From Escherichia coli (GTDB lineage: Bacteria > Bacillota_I > Bacilli_A > RFN20 > CAG-826): 64,000 nucleotides of DNA. Below are positions 41,185 through 49,498 of the stretch, one piece after another; the stretch's first letter is position 1; the number at the start of each line of letters is the position of its first letter. A program made the position numbers and the translations under genes. The stretch spans positions 101,807-165,806 of the forward strand of contig CAVGNR010000001.1 in the NCBI GenBank assembly GCA_963630675.1, written 5' to 3'. The notes under the pieces were generated by a model. That model was not told the DNA's origin and did not search any database. It saw only the letters and a list, made by a program, of their open reading frames with translations.

Positions 41185-42081
41185 GTGATTCGATTAGACT
41201 ATGTTTATATGAAACATTTCTTTAATCCCTTCCATCGGTCCGTTTGTCCAAAATGTGGAAAACGTTATGATCCTTTGTCTTCTTCTTGCCCAAAATGTCA
41301 CGAGAAAAACGAAGAAGTTGACCCTAGAGCTCGTTCCTTCGCACCTCTTTTAACTCTTGGAGCGTATCGTGAAATCGGTCTTTTTTTAATTGGTTTTGTC
41401 GGTTTATTTTTGTTAGCTCAGGTCATTGGAATTATCACTTTGAGTGTGGAAGGCTTCCGTTATGCTCAAATGGGTCTTACAGGTGATGAATTAAAAGCTG
41501 CTTTAACGGAATTTTCTTCGAGCGTTCGTTTCACGTTATTAATCAATGATTTAACGTATACTTTGATTTTTGCTGCGATGCTCTTATTCCTTTGGAAAGA
41601 CAATAGAAGACTTTTGAAATCTTTTGCCAATTTAAAAATCCTTTTTGGTTTCGTTGTTGGCTTTGCGATGATTATTCTTTCTGGCATTTGGAGCAATATT
41701 GCTATAAAGTTGGGCGCCTCAACGAACATTAACCAAGGTGCCGTTGAAGAAACGATTAAGGCCTCCCCTCTTTTGGCCGTTTTAGTTACGGGGTTAATTG
41801 CTCCTTTTGTTGAAGAGCTTACTTACAGAGTTGGAGCCTTCACTTTTTTGAAAAGAATCAATACGGTACTCGCTTATGTTGTTGTCGGCGCCTTATTTGG
41901 CCTTATCCATATTAAGGATTATGGAAGTTTAAATGAATGGTTATCCTACCCTTCTTATCTCATTGCAGGCTTATGCTTATGTTTTGCTTATGATAAGTTT
42001 GGTTTTGGCGGTTCTTTCCTTGCTCATGCGATGAATAACCTATTAGCTGTTCTTTCTTATATCCTTACTTCAGGAAAATAA
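41185..42081 (+). CDS. CPBP-family intramembrane glutamic protease with N-terminal zinc ribbon
   Basis: CPKCG...CPKCH at the N-terminus. Carries the CPBP motifs EELTYR, LFGLIH and HAMNN. Start is uncertain (GTG at 41185 or ATG at 41209). Confidence 0.65.
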   Translation: MIRLDYVYMKHFFNPFHRSVCPKCGKRYDPLSSSCPKCHEKNEEVDPRARSFAPLLTLGAYREIGLFLIGFVGLFLLAQVIGIITLSVEGFRYAQMGLTGDELKAALTEFSSSVRFTLLINDLTYTLIFAAMLLFLWKDNRRLLKSFANLKILFGFVVGFAMIILSGIWSNIAIKLGASTNINQGAVEETIKASPLLAVLVTGLIAPFVEELTYRVGAFTFLKRINTVLAYVVVGALFGLIHIKDYGSLNEWLSYPSYLIAGLCLCFAYDKFGFGGSFLAHAMNNLLAVLSYILTSGK

Positions 42082-42085
42082 TTTT

Positions 42086-42997
42086 ATGAAAGAAAAAGCG
42101 CTTGTTTTAGATGAGTTTTGGCTCAAAATCATTGCTATTTTAACAATGACTTTTGACCATATTGGCTATTTTTTGGAAATGTATGGCGGAACAAACGCGA
42201 CATTTTCCTCGATCGCCTTGGCTTGTAGAATCCTCGGAAGATTATCTTTCCCTCTTTTCATTTTCATGCTGGCAGAAGGTCTTCATAAAACCCATGATCG
42301 TGTGAATTACCTTTTGCGTTTTGCGATTTTATGGGCGGTCATCTTTATCGTTCAATTTGTTCTTTTTAAGACAAATCTATTTGGTTTCCAAATGACTTCC
42401 GCCCAGGCGTTCACAGATTTGCTTTGTTACGCTCTCTTTATTTTCCTTATCGAAAAGAAAGGCTGGTGGAAGGCTCTTTCTATTTTGCCATTAGGCTTTA
42501 TTCTTCTTTCTTACGTGATGCAAGTAAGCGAGATTTATGCGGCCGCGAATAATATGACCTCTCTTTGGACCTCTTTCCTTCCAGAATGGGCTCGATGCGG
42601 TTATTCCCTCTATGGTTTTTTGATGTTTTTAGGAATCTATTACGCCCCTATCCTTGCTAAAAAACAGCTTGAGAGCATGGAAAAGAAGAACGGTGTGGAT
42701 ATGAGCGTCTTTAAAGAAGGAAAGAAATTTCAAGGCTTAATAAATACCTTGGTCATTTCATCGATTGCTATAACCACTGTCCTTTTTTGGGGATTTGCCT
42801 ATTTCTTCCCACAGCTAGATGCCTATTTTAGTATTTCCCCGCAAAGCTATGCCATTTTGGCAATTATTCCAATCATGTTTTATAACGGAGAAAGAGGATA
42901 TAACAAAAAATGGTTCCGTTATGCCCGTTATGCCACATACCTTTATTATCCGTTGCATATCGCTTTGTTGGCTTTAATATTTGCTTTATCATTCTAA
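42086..42997 (+). CDS. TraX-family membrane protein
   Basis: 303-aa polytopic protein with an N-terminal LKIIAILTMTFDHIG motif characteristic of TraX. Confidence 0.6.
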   Translation: MKEKALVLDEFWLKIIAILTMTFDHIGYFLEMYGGTNATFSSIALACRILGRLSFPLFIFMLAEGLHKTHDRVNYLLRFAILWAVIFIVQFVLFKTNLFGFQMTSAQAFTDLLCYALFIFLIEKKGWWKALSILPLGFILLSYVMQVSEIYAAANNMTSLWTSFLPEWARCGYSLYGFLMFLGIYYAPILAKKQLESMEKKNGVDMSVFKEGKKFQGLINTLVISSIAITTVLFWGFAYFFPQLDAYFSISPQSYAILAIIPIMFYNGERGYNKKWFRYARYATYLYYPLHIALLALIFALSF

Positions 42998-43016
42998 GTA
43001 TCGGAGGTAATCCTAA

Positions 43017-43325
43017 ATGATTAAAGAAATTACAAACGCAAAAGAATTCGATGATTCCATTAAAGAAGGCCATGTTTTGGTCGATTTCTACGCCCTATGG
43101 TGCGGACCATGCAAAATGCTTGCTCCAATCGTAGAAAAAGTAATCGAAGAAAATCCAGAAGTTGACCTTCTTCGCGTAAATGTCGATGAGAATGAAGAAT
43201 TAGCAGTTCGTTATAACATCGTTTCTATTCCAACCCTTATCTATTTTGAAAATGGCCAAATTAAACACGGAAACGTTGGCTATATTGGCGAAGAAGAAGT
43301 CAAAAAGATCATTGATGTTCTTTGA
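43017..43325 (+). CDS. trxA: Thioredoxin
   Basis: 102 aa with the WCGPC active site. Confidence 0.94.
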   Translation: MIKEITNAKEFDDSIKEGHVLVDFYALWCGPCKMLAPIVEKVIEENPEVDLLRVNVDENEELAVRYNIVSIPTLIYFENGQIKHGNVGYIGEEEVKKIIDVL

Positions 43326-43350
43326 TTTTCAATAAATTTGAAACTTTCTT

Positions 43351-43379
43351 TTGCTACAGAGCGCTAGATATGCTATATT
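43351..43379 (+). promoter_or_regulatory. Candidate promoter of the tRNA-Asp/tRNA-Gly unit, overlapped by an 8-bp inverted repeat
   Basis: TTGCTA (43351-43356), 17-nt spacer, TATATT (43374-43379). The inverted repeat GCGCTAGA (43361-43368) / TCTAGCGC (43381-43388) spans the -10. No T-run follows, so it is not a classic trxA terminator. Confidence 0.4.
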
Positions 43380-43396
43380 TTCTAGCGCACTGATAC

Positions 43397-43473
43397 GGAC
43401 CATTGGTGTAGCGGTCTAACATGTCTCCCTGTCACGGAGAAGATCACGAGTTCGAATCTCGTATGGTCCGCCA
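43397..43473 (+). tRNA. tRNA-Asp (GTC)
   Basis: Hand-folded cloverleaf. Acceptor GGACCAT/ATGGTCC, anticodon stem TCTCC/GGAGA with loop CTGTCAC, T arm ACGAG-TTCGAAT-CTCGT, and an encoded CCA. Confidence 0.95.
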
Positions 43474-43480
43474 GAGACAT

Positions 43481-43554
43481 GCAGGTGTAGTTCAGTGGTA
43501 GAACATCAGCCTTCCAAGCTGATTATGCGGGTTCGATTCCCGTCACCTGCTCCA
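43481..43554 (+). tRNA. tRNA-Gly (TCC)
   Basis: Hand-folded cloverleaf. Acceptor GCAGGTG/CACCTGC, D arm GTTC-AGTGGTA-GAAC, anticodon stem TCAGC/GCTGA with loop CTTCCAA, T arm GCGGG-TTCGATT-CCCGT, and an encoded CCA. Confidence 0.95.
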
Positions 43555-43596
43555 GTATTGAATTTATCGGCACTTTATAACAATTTGTCCTCTCGC

Positions 43597-43620
43597 TTGT
43601 ACACTTGATTGTACACTTGA
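43597..43620. repeat. Perfect 12-bp tandem direct repeat (TTGTACACTTGA x2)
   Basis: Read directly from the sequence. Each unit contains the palindrome TGTACA. Lies between tRNA-Gly and the terminator. Confidence 0.85.
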
Positions 43621-43673
43621 CAAAGTAAGGGAAAATAGAGTGTTTGAAAATATATAAAAGCAATTAACGAATG

Positions 43674-43708
43674 AATGGCTCATCAAAAAAGGTGAGCCAT
43701 TTTGTTTT
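43674..43708 (+). terminator. Rho-independent terminator of the tRNA transcription unit
   Basis: AATGGCTCA (43674-43682) pairs with TGAGCCATT (43693-43701), followed by TTGTTTT. Confidence 0.75.
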
Positions 43709-43976
43709 ATTACGTTTTTTCGGCACCGCAAAATCACTTTCTTTTAGGCAAAGAAAAAGTCTCCGATTAAGGAGAATAAACAACGAATGTGCAAATTCCC
43801 TTTTCCCATGTAATGTAATAAAAACGTGGGAACATCCCCGCTGCTGATGGACCCGGGTCTTACAACCGACCCACGTACCCTTTCGGGCAATCTAAATCTA
43901 TCGAAGTTTCGACTGGTCTGCAAGAGACGGTTTTCCCCTATTTTCCCAAGTCGTCACATTTCGTTTTCGAAAAAAA

Positions 43977-44006
43977 TTGACATCTTCGTTTTCAGAAGGA
44001 TATATT
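43977..44006 (+). promoter_or_regulatory. Strong candidate sigma-A promoter upstream of the PBECR4-like gene
   Basis: Consensus TTGACA (43977-43982), 18-nt spacer, TATATT (44001-44006). The palindrome TTTTCGAAAA (43964-43973) abuts the -35. Confidence 0.5.
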
Positions 44007-44051
44007 ATGGTTGTCGGCAGGAAGACGTTAAACTCTCTTGTGTTAGAGGCT

Positions 44052-44085
44052 GGGCGAAATACCTTTAAAAACCGCCCTTTTTTTT
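44052..44085 (+). terminator. Terminator-like hairpin plus T8 tract ending at the start codon of the next gene
   Basis: GGGCG (44052-44056) pairs with CGCCC (44073-44077) across a 16-nt loop. TTTTTTTT (44078-44085) follows. The stem is short, so function is uncertain. Confidence 0.35.
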
Positions 44086-44610
44086 ATGGAAAATATCTCA
44101 TTCAAAGCAAAGATCATCTCAGCACTTATAACCTCGGCAAGAGAATACGCCAGACTACTTGAGTCTTTCTACATATTCCAGTCAGATGATTTCAACAGCA
44201 GGAATTTCTATATCATAAGTTTCAATGAGGAAAATTTTCTCCATCTCACGGGTGTGAAAACAACTCTTAAAGCCTTGGACTTCTACAAAAAATGCTTTGA
44301 GGGGACGATATCAGGAGCGGATTTCGATTGCGACTCCGACAAAATTCTAAAAGGTAAGGTTAAAGAGAAAATGAAGCATCTTCCAAACATATGCAGCATA
44401 ATCTTGCAATGTTATGAGTTAGAAGAATCGTTCTCCAAAGGGAGGGTGACGTGCATTCTCGTCGGAACTCAAAAGGATTTCACAGTCGGCTTTGATGGCG
44501 TTGACGTCCTTTATCCTAAAACGCTTATGCACAAGAACAGGGTAGACAGTACTAAAGCCACCACCCATTTCGAGACATACAAAGTAAAAAAGACCGCTAA
44601 GGCTTCATAA
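44086..44610 (+). CDS. PBECR4-like (Barnase-EndoU-ColicinE5/D-RelE-type) putative nuclease
   Basis: 174-aa intact ORF. The N-terminal AREYARLL...FYIISFNEENFLHLTGV resembles the F-x-HL-x-G signature of PBECR-family toxin-like nucleases. No Shine-Dalgarno precedes the ATG. Confidence 0.5.
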   Translation: MENISFKAKIISALITSAREYARLLESFYIFQSDDFNSRNFYIISFNEENFLHLTGVKTTLKALDFYKKCFEGTISGADFDCDSDKILKGKVKEKMKHLPNICSIILQCYELEESFSKGRVTCILVGTQKDFTVGFDGVDVLYPKTLMHKNRVDSTKATTHFETYKVKKTAKAS

Positions 44611-44611
44611 C

Positions 44612-45641
44612 CTAGGCGGCCATTTCTTTTATTGTCCACTCCAGCCTCCTTGAGAACCTGCTGGTTGGACTGATAAATCTCCTCCGCTTTCCTGTAGGTT
44701 TTTGTTCGCTCATCCCCGGCATCGGTTTGACAGCGGTTCCGTTTTCATTTATATTTCTTGTAGAAGAATCGGTATCCCCAGTCCTCGTTTCGGACGTAAA
44801 ACGTAGGGTCTCTAAAGAGGCATGACGCGGCTGGGTCCCTCCCGATTCTTTTTTGTTATACACAAAGACTGAGCAATTAATCTTTTTTGCGGTTTGAAAC
44901 CATTGTGGCAACAAGATATTCATTGCCTATTTTCTTTTTAAATATGAGTTGTTTTTCGCCGTTGCCGAAATGTTTCGTCTCAACGTCGGTATCGGTGTTG
45001 ACAGCAGTTCCGTTTTCACTTACATTAGAATTGAAGTCAGGGAAACCCTTACCCCGCATTTCAGAGGATTGGTCTCCAGAACGGGGCCCCGACGGGGGAT
45101 AAGCCTGATTTTTTTCTTTGCTTTGGCATTATCTTGAATGTCATATACGTTATAAATCGTTCCATCAGGCTTAGTGACGATTTTGTATTCCTTTCCAAGA
45201 AAATTATCGCACAAGTACTGCTTGATGGCCTTTCTTTGGGTTCTTGGATCCTATCCTTCTAAACCATCATCGTTGAAAACGCCATTTTTTCCCCGTTTAT
45301 TTCTTTTGCGGACACATTTTTTGGATTGGGGATTTCAAAGAAGATTCATGGACATTGGGATTGCTATTAATTTCACGTCCCAGTTTTTCTTATATGCCTC
45401 TTGTATATCGCTCTCGCACTCCTTCATCAGGTTCTTGATACGTTGTTCCGGAGTTTTCAAACTTTTTAAGAAGCTCTTTACTAGTCTCTTGTAATCTTGC
45501 AAAATCATCTTCATAGCCCCCATTATAGGAATGGGTTTGGCCGTTTTCAACGCCTCCATGTTTTTGCGCGTATTTGGCCACGTTTTGCATGTTATAGGCC
45601 ACATTGTTTGAAGGGTAGAATTGACTAACAAAAGAAGACAA
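44612..45641 (-). pseudogene. Frameshifted and stop-interrupted remnants of a conjugative-element/phage polyvalent-protein-type gene
   Basis: Four short minus-strand ORFs in different frames give plausible peptide when joined. Examples: ...DYKRLVKSFLKSLKTPEQRIKNLMKECESDIQEAYKK; RKAIKQYLCDNFLGKEYKIVTKPDGTIYNVYD; FGNGEKQLIFKKKIGNEYLVATMVSNRKK. There is an in-frame TAG and several frame changes. Confidence 0.55.
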
Positions 45642-45698
45642 GAATAGACTTATAAAGCGTATTTGATTTTTGTTTATTAAAAATCATGGAGGCATTTT

Positions 45699-46736
45699 AT
45701 GTGGTGGATTTATCCAGTTTACCTAGTAGACCTTGTTGTAATGGTTGGCTTATCTTTCTTCTTAGGGGATTTGGTCGATAAGCTAGACAAAAAGACAAAG
45801 ATATCTGGGGCTTTTATTGGAGGAGTTTTATTGGCTGCCGTAACCTCTCTTCCAGAATTGTTTACTGCCTTACCATCCATTTTCTTAGTTAACGAACCTG
45901 AATATGTCGTTGGCGATTTGTTAGGTTCTATCGTTTTCGATATGGTTTGCCTTTTGTTAGAAACTCTTATCTTTGTGAAGAATTTCCGTAATGCTAAGCT
46001 ACAGAAATTCCATTTAGTTAATGCGGGTGCCTGTCTTTTGATGTTTGCTTTTGCTGCTTACGCTTTCTTTGCCCCAAAAGAGTGGCAACTCATGTTAGGC
46101 GATATCAATTTTGTTTCCATCCTTATTTTTGCCTTATATATCGTGACTTTGATTATCCAACCAAAGGAATCCGAGGAAGAAGATGAGAAAGAAGAAATAA
46201 AATGGTCTGTGAAAAAGATTGTTGTCTGGTTTGTAATCTCCGCCATTCTTTTGATTGGATCTTCTGTTGCTTTAACCTATTTAACTAAGTTGATTCAAAT
46301 TGAAATTCCTGTTCTTTCTGGATCTATTGCGGGAGCTCTTTTGTTGGGCATTGGCACTTCTATCCCCGAAATTGTTTCGACCGCTCAATTATTCAAGAAG
46401 AAAAACTACGATGCAGGTTTTGGAAACATGATAGGTTCTTGTACTTTCGATTTTGCTATCTTTGCCCTATCCGATTTCTTAACTTGGCATCAATATAACA
46501 ACCATGTTGATAGCAATGGAGAGTTCATCATCTCTCAAAGAGGCCTTTATATTGCTAACGCGGATTCCATTCAGTTTGAAATCTTTGGAGCGATTGTGTG
46601 TGTTTTAACCATTGCTTTGATGCTATTTAAGATTTTCTCTAAGGCTTTTGAAAAGAAAAAGGCTCTTTGCTATACCGTCACAAGCGTTATAGCAATCGCT
46701 AGCCTTGCCCTCTATTTATTGATTTACATTATTTAA
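45699..46736 (+). CDS. CaCA-family cation/Ca2+ (sodium/calcium) exchanger membrane protein
   Basis: 345 aa with two alpha-repeat-like motifs (GDLLGSIVFD and GNMIGSCTFD) in two 5-TM halves. Confidence 0.72.
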   Translation: MWWIYPVYLVDLVVMVGLSFFLGDLVDKLDKKTKISGAFIGGVLLAAVTSLPELFTALPSIFLVNEPEYVVGDLLGSIVFDMVCLLLETLIFVKNFRNAKLQKFHLVNAGACLLMFAFAAYAFFAPKEWQLMLGDINFVSILIFALYIVTLIIQPKESEEEDEKEEIKWSVKKIVVWFVISAILLIGSSVALTYLTKLIQIEIPVLSGSIAGALLLGIGTSIPEIVSTAQLFKKKNYDAGFGNMIGSCTFDFAIFALSDFLTWHQYNNHVDSNGEFIISQRGLYIANADSIQFEIFGAIVCVLTIALMLFKIFSKAFEKKKALCYTVTSVIAIASLALYLLIYII

Positions 46737-46754
46737 CAAATCGTTTCTTTCTTG

Positions 46755-46778
46755 AGTCAGGGTTTCCTGACTTTTTTC
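46755..46778 (+). terminator. Rho-independent terminator
   Basis: AGTCAGG, loop GTTT, CCTGACT, followed by TTTTTT. Confidence 0.75.
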
Positions 46779-46826
46779 TTCTAAGCATTGCATTTTTGCT
46801 AAAATGAAATAACGAGGAAAACTTCA

Positions 46827-48242
46827 ATGAAACAAAATAAATTAGGAGCTAGATTTTGGGTATCCGTTCTTTTGGTGGGTATTATTGGTCAATTGGCTTG
46901 GGCAATTGAGAATAATTACATCAATCTTTGGGTGTATTCCCAAACAGGAAATGCAGACGCTATCACTTGGATGACAATATCCTCTTCCATTGCGGCCACT
47001 TTAACCACTTTCTTTATTGGCTTGTTATCCGATAGGTTAGGGAAGAGAAAACTTTTCATCAACGTTGGTTATATTATTTGGGGCTTAAGCGTTTTCTCTT
47101 TCGGTTTATTTAGTTATCACAACATGCTTGAAATCACTAAAGATCAGGCTTCTGCTATTCTTTTAGTCGGTATTTTTATGACCGTCATGGATAACGTGAT
47201 GACCTTCTTTGGTTCTTCTTCAAATGACGCGGCCTTCAATGCTTGGTTAACAGAACACACGGATTCTAGCAACCGCGGTAAAGTCGAATCCGTCGTTTCG
47301 ATCTTGCCTCTTTTAGCCAACGTAATGATGATGGGGATCGGTCTCCCATTGCATATTGGCTCTTCGACAAATGGGGATGATTATCTAAATGGATTGATTC
47401 AAAACGGGACGTATAAGGATTCTCAAGAAGCCTTGGCCCATGGATGGTTCCTCTATTTCTTAATTTGTGGAGTTATTGTGACCATAATTGGGGTGATTTC
47501 TATTTTCCTTTTACCAAAGGATAATTGTGTCCCTAACCGTGAAGGATCTTATGGCAAGAAGTTAATTTACGGATTTAAGCCATCCGTTATGAAGGAAAAT
47601 AAAGAACTATATCTTCTTTTATTGACCTTCCTTTGTTTCAATTGTGCGATTAACGCCTTTATGCCTTATTATCTTGTCTATTTCCAGAATCCAACGGAGT
47701 ATTATGGAGCGAATTTTGGCATTGGCATCGACTTCTATGTTGCCCTTATTATCATCATGGGTGGAGCATCTTTGATTACAGTCATTCTTGGTGCCACGAT
47801 TATGAATAAAGTGAAGCCAACAATTCTTTTCTATTCCGCTTTAGGTGTTGGTTCTGTTGGTGCCTTAGGAATTTATTTAACTGGGCAATTTGGCTCAAAC
47901 CATGTCTTGTTGATTCTTTTTGGCCTTCTTTTAATTACAGGGTATCTTTTATGCACTGCTGTTTTAAGCGCTTCTATTCGTGATCGAACACCAGAAAAAG
48001 ATGTGGGCCTTTTCCAAGGGGTGAGAATGGTTTTTGCCGTTCTTTTGCCAATGATTATTGGGCCACTTCTTTCTCAATCCTTCTTCCCAGTTACCTCTTA
48101 TAACGACCCAACAAATGCTAACTTAGGGGGCAAGACTCCTTCTAATGTGATGTTTTTAGTTACCCTTGCTTTCTTCCTTTTGTCTATAATACCGATGGCC
48201 TTTTACCAAAGGATTGCTAAAAAGGAAAAACAAAATGGATAA
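46827..48242 (+). CDS. MFS transporter
   Basis: 471 aa with about 12 TM segments and an LSDRLGKRK loop 2-3 motif. Confidence 0.75.
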   Translation: MKQNKLGARFWVSVLLVGIIGQLAWAIENNYINLWVYSQTGNADAITWMTISSSIAATLTTFFIGLLSDRLGKRKLFINVGYIIWGLSVFSFGLFSYHNMLEITKDQASAILLVGIFMTVMDNVMTFFGSSSNDAAFNAWLTEHTDSSNRGKVESVVSILPLLANVMMMGIGLPLHIGSSTNGDDYLNGLIQNGTYKDSQEALAHGWFLYFLICGVIVTIIGVISIFLLPKDNCVPNREGSYGKKLIYGFKPSVMKENKELYLLLLTFLCFNCAINAFMPYYLVYFQNPTEYYGANFGIGIDFYVALIIIMGGASLITVILGATIMNKVKPTILFYSALGVGSVGALGIYLTGQFGSNHVLLILFGLLLITGYLLCTAVLSASIRDRTPEKDVGLFQGVRMVFAVLLPMIIGPLLSQSFFPVTSYNDPTNANLGGKTPSNVMFLVTLAFFLLSIIPMAFYQRIAKKEKQNG

Positions 48243-48831
48243 AAAGATTGTTGTTGCCACTCATAACCCAAATAAAGTCAGAGAATTTAAAGAAGTATTG
48301 GAACCTTTAGGATATCAAGTCTATTCCGATAAGGATTTTAATGTTCATAATGAGCCGATCGAAGATGGTAAGAACTACCAGGAAAACGCTTATATTAAAG
48401 CCCACGCTCTTTGTTCTTTATTGAATATCCCCGTTATTTCAGATGATTCTGGGATTGAAATTGATGGGTTAGGGAAAGGCTTCCCAGGCATCCATTCCGC
48501 AAGATGGGCCGCTAGTATTTCCCCTGATTATCGTATTGTAGACGAATACGTTCTTTCCTTACTTAAAGATAAAGAAAACCGCAAAGCCCGTTACCATTGT
48601 TCTATCTGTCTTCTTGAAAGCAAGGATGCAAAACCTCTTTTCTTTGATGGAGTTTGCGAAGGAAAGATTGCAAATAAAATCGGTGGAATGAACGGTTTCG
48701 GATATGATCCTATCTTTATCGCGGATGAAGGAAACCTTTGTTTTGGCGATATCTCCGACGAAAAGAAAAACGCGATATCCCACCGTGGTAAAGCGGTTCA
48801 AAAATTATTAGCGTATCTATCTAAGCAATAG
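48235..48831 (+). CDS. rdgB: Non-canonical purine NTP pyrophosphatase (RdgB/HAM1)
   Basis: MDKKIVVATHNPNKVREF start, then DDSGIEIDGL, GFGYDPIF and SHRGKA motifs. The ATG at 48235 overlaps the MFS stop. The track ORF starts at 48214. Confidence 0.88.
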   Translation: MDKKIVVATHNPNKVREFKEVLEPLGYQVYSDKDFNVHNEPIEDGKNYQENAYIKAHALCSLLNIPVISDDSGIEIDGLGKGFPGIHSARWAASISPDYRIVDEYVLSLLKDKENRKARYHCSICLLESKDAKPLFFDGVCEGKIANKIGGMNGFGYDPIFIADEGNLCFGDISDEKKNAISHRGKAVQKLLAYLSKQ

Positions 48832-49495
48832 AAACTAAATAAATACCAAAAACAATCAAGAACTGAGCCAAGAGATAAGTCGACATGATAATGAGTTCTC
48901 TCTTCCTCAATTTTTTTACACACAAAGTCAGGGCGTTAAAGAAATCGCTTGTGTAATAAAGAATTGTTCCAAAGGCAATGAATAAGAAATATAGGGAGTA
49001 GCCGTTTGCCAAAGCAAAAATGGAACTAGCAAAAACCATGATTAAAACAGATTGGTAGAGACTTCCTAAGACCGTCAAACGGGGATCTTTCTTAGAAAGA
49101 AAATAGGCGACAGGAACACCCGGGATAACAAAAAGAGGGTAGAAACGAAGAAAGAAACAGTAATTTGCGTATATTTCCGTATTCGTGGATTGGAAAATAT
49201 AGCCAAATTCGCACAAATAGAAAACGTGTGAAAGCAAAAAGGAAAGCATTCCAATGATGACAAACGTTTTTTTCTTTTTGAAGATGAAAAGAACATCGCC
49301 TAGCCAAGCGAGAATCAAAGATACCCAAAGCCAGACATGCGAGATATCCGTAACGAAAACAAAGCCGATTAAGCCAACAAGGCAGAATGGTTTGCTAATT
49401 TTCCTCCAACGTTCATTCTCTAAAATGCAAAAGATAATATTCAAAACGGAAACGCATGCATAGAAAACCAAGAAGAAAATCGCCAATGGGGTCAT
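48821..49495 (-). CDS. YhhN-family (lysoplasmalogenase-like) membrane protein
   Basis: 224 aa with about 8 TM segments and an LAWLGDVLFI motif. Confidence 0.55.
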   Translation of the reverse strand: MTPLAIFFLVFYACVSVLNIIFCILENERWRKISKPFCLVGLIGFVFVTDISHVWLWVSLILAWLGDVLFIFKKKKTFVIIGMLSFLLSHVFYLCEFGYIFQSTNTEIYANYCFFLRFYPLFVIPGVPVAYFLSKKDPRLTVLGSLYQSVLIMVFASSIFALANGYSLYFLFIAFGTILYYTSDFFNALTLCVKKLRKRELIIMSTYLLAQFLIVFGIYLVSIA

Positions 49496-49498
49496 ACG

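Noticed and set aside
43826-44162. Plus-strand ORFs of 80 aa (43826-44068) and 61 aa (43977-44162) in the islet.
   Set aside because: They have non-ATG starts and no Shine-Dalgarno. One begins at the TTG of the -35 box. Both run through the promoter and the hairpin/T8 region and give implausible peptide sequences.
44720-45025. The two ~30-bp imperfect repeats encoding ENGTAV, considered as a diversity-generating retroelement TR/VR pair.
   Set aside because: The repeats are far too short. The mismatches are not restricted to adenines. No reverse transcriptase is present. They are better explained as a repeated protein module in a decayed gene.
43555-45698. Duplicated copy of the tRNA-Gly 3' end as an attR, or an integrase gene, to define an intact genomic island.
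   Set aside because: No repeat of the tRNA 3' sequence is visible at the far end. No recombinase motifs appear in any frame. Only weak AT-rich similarity exists at the edges.
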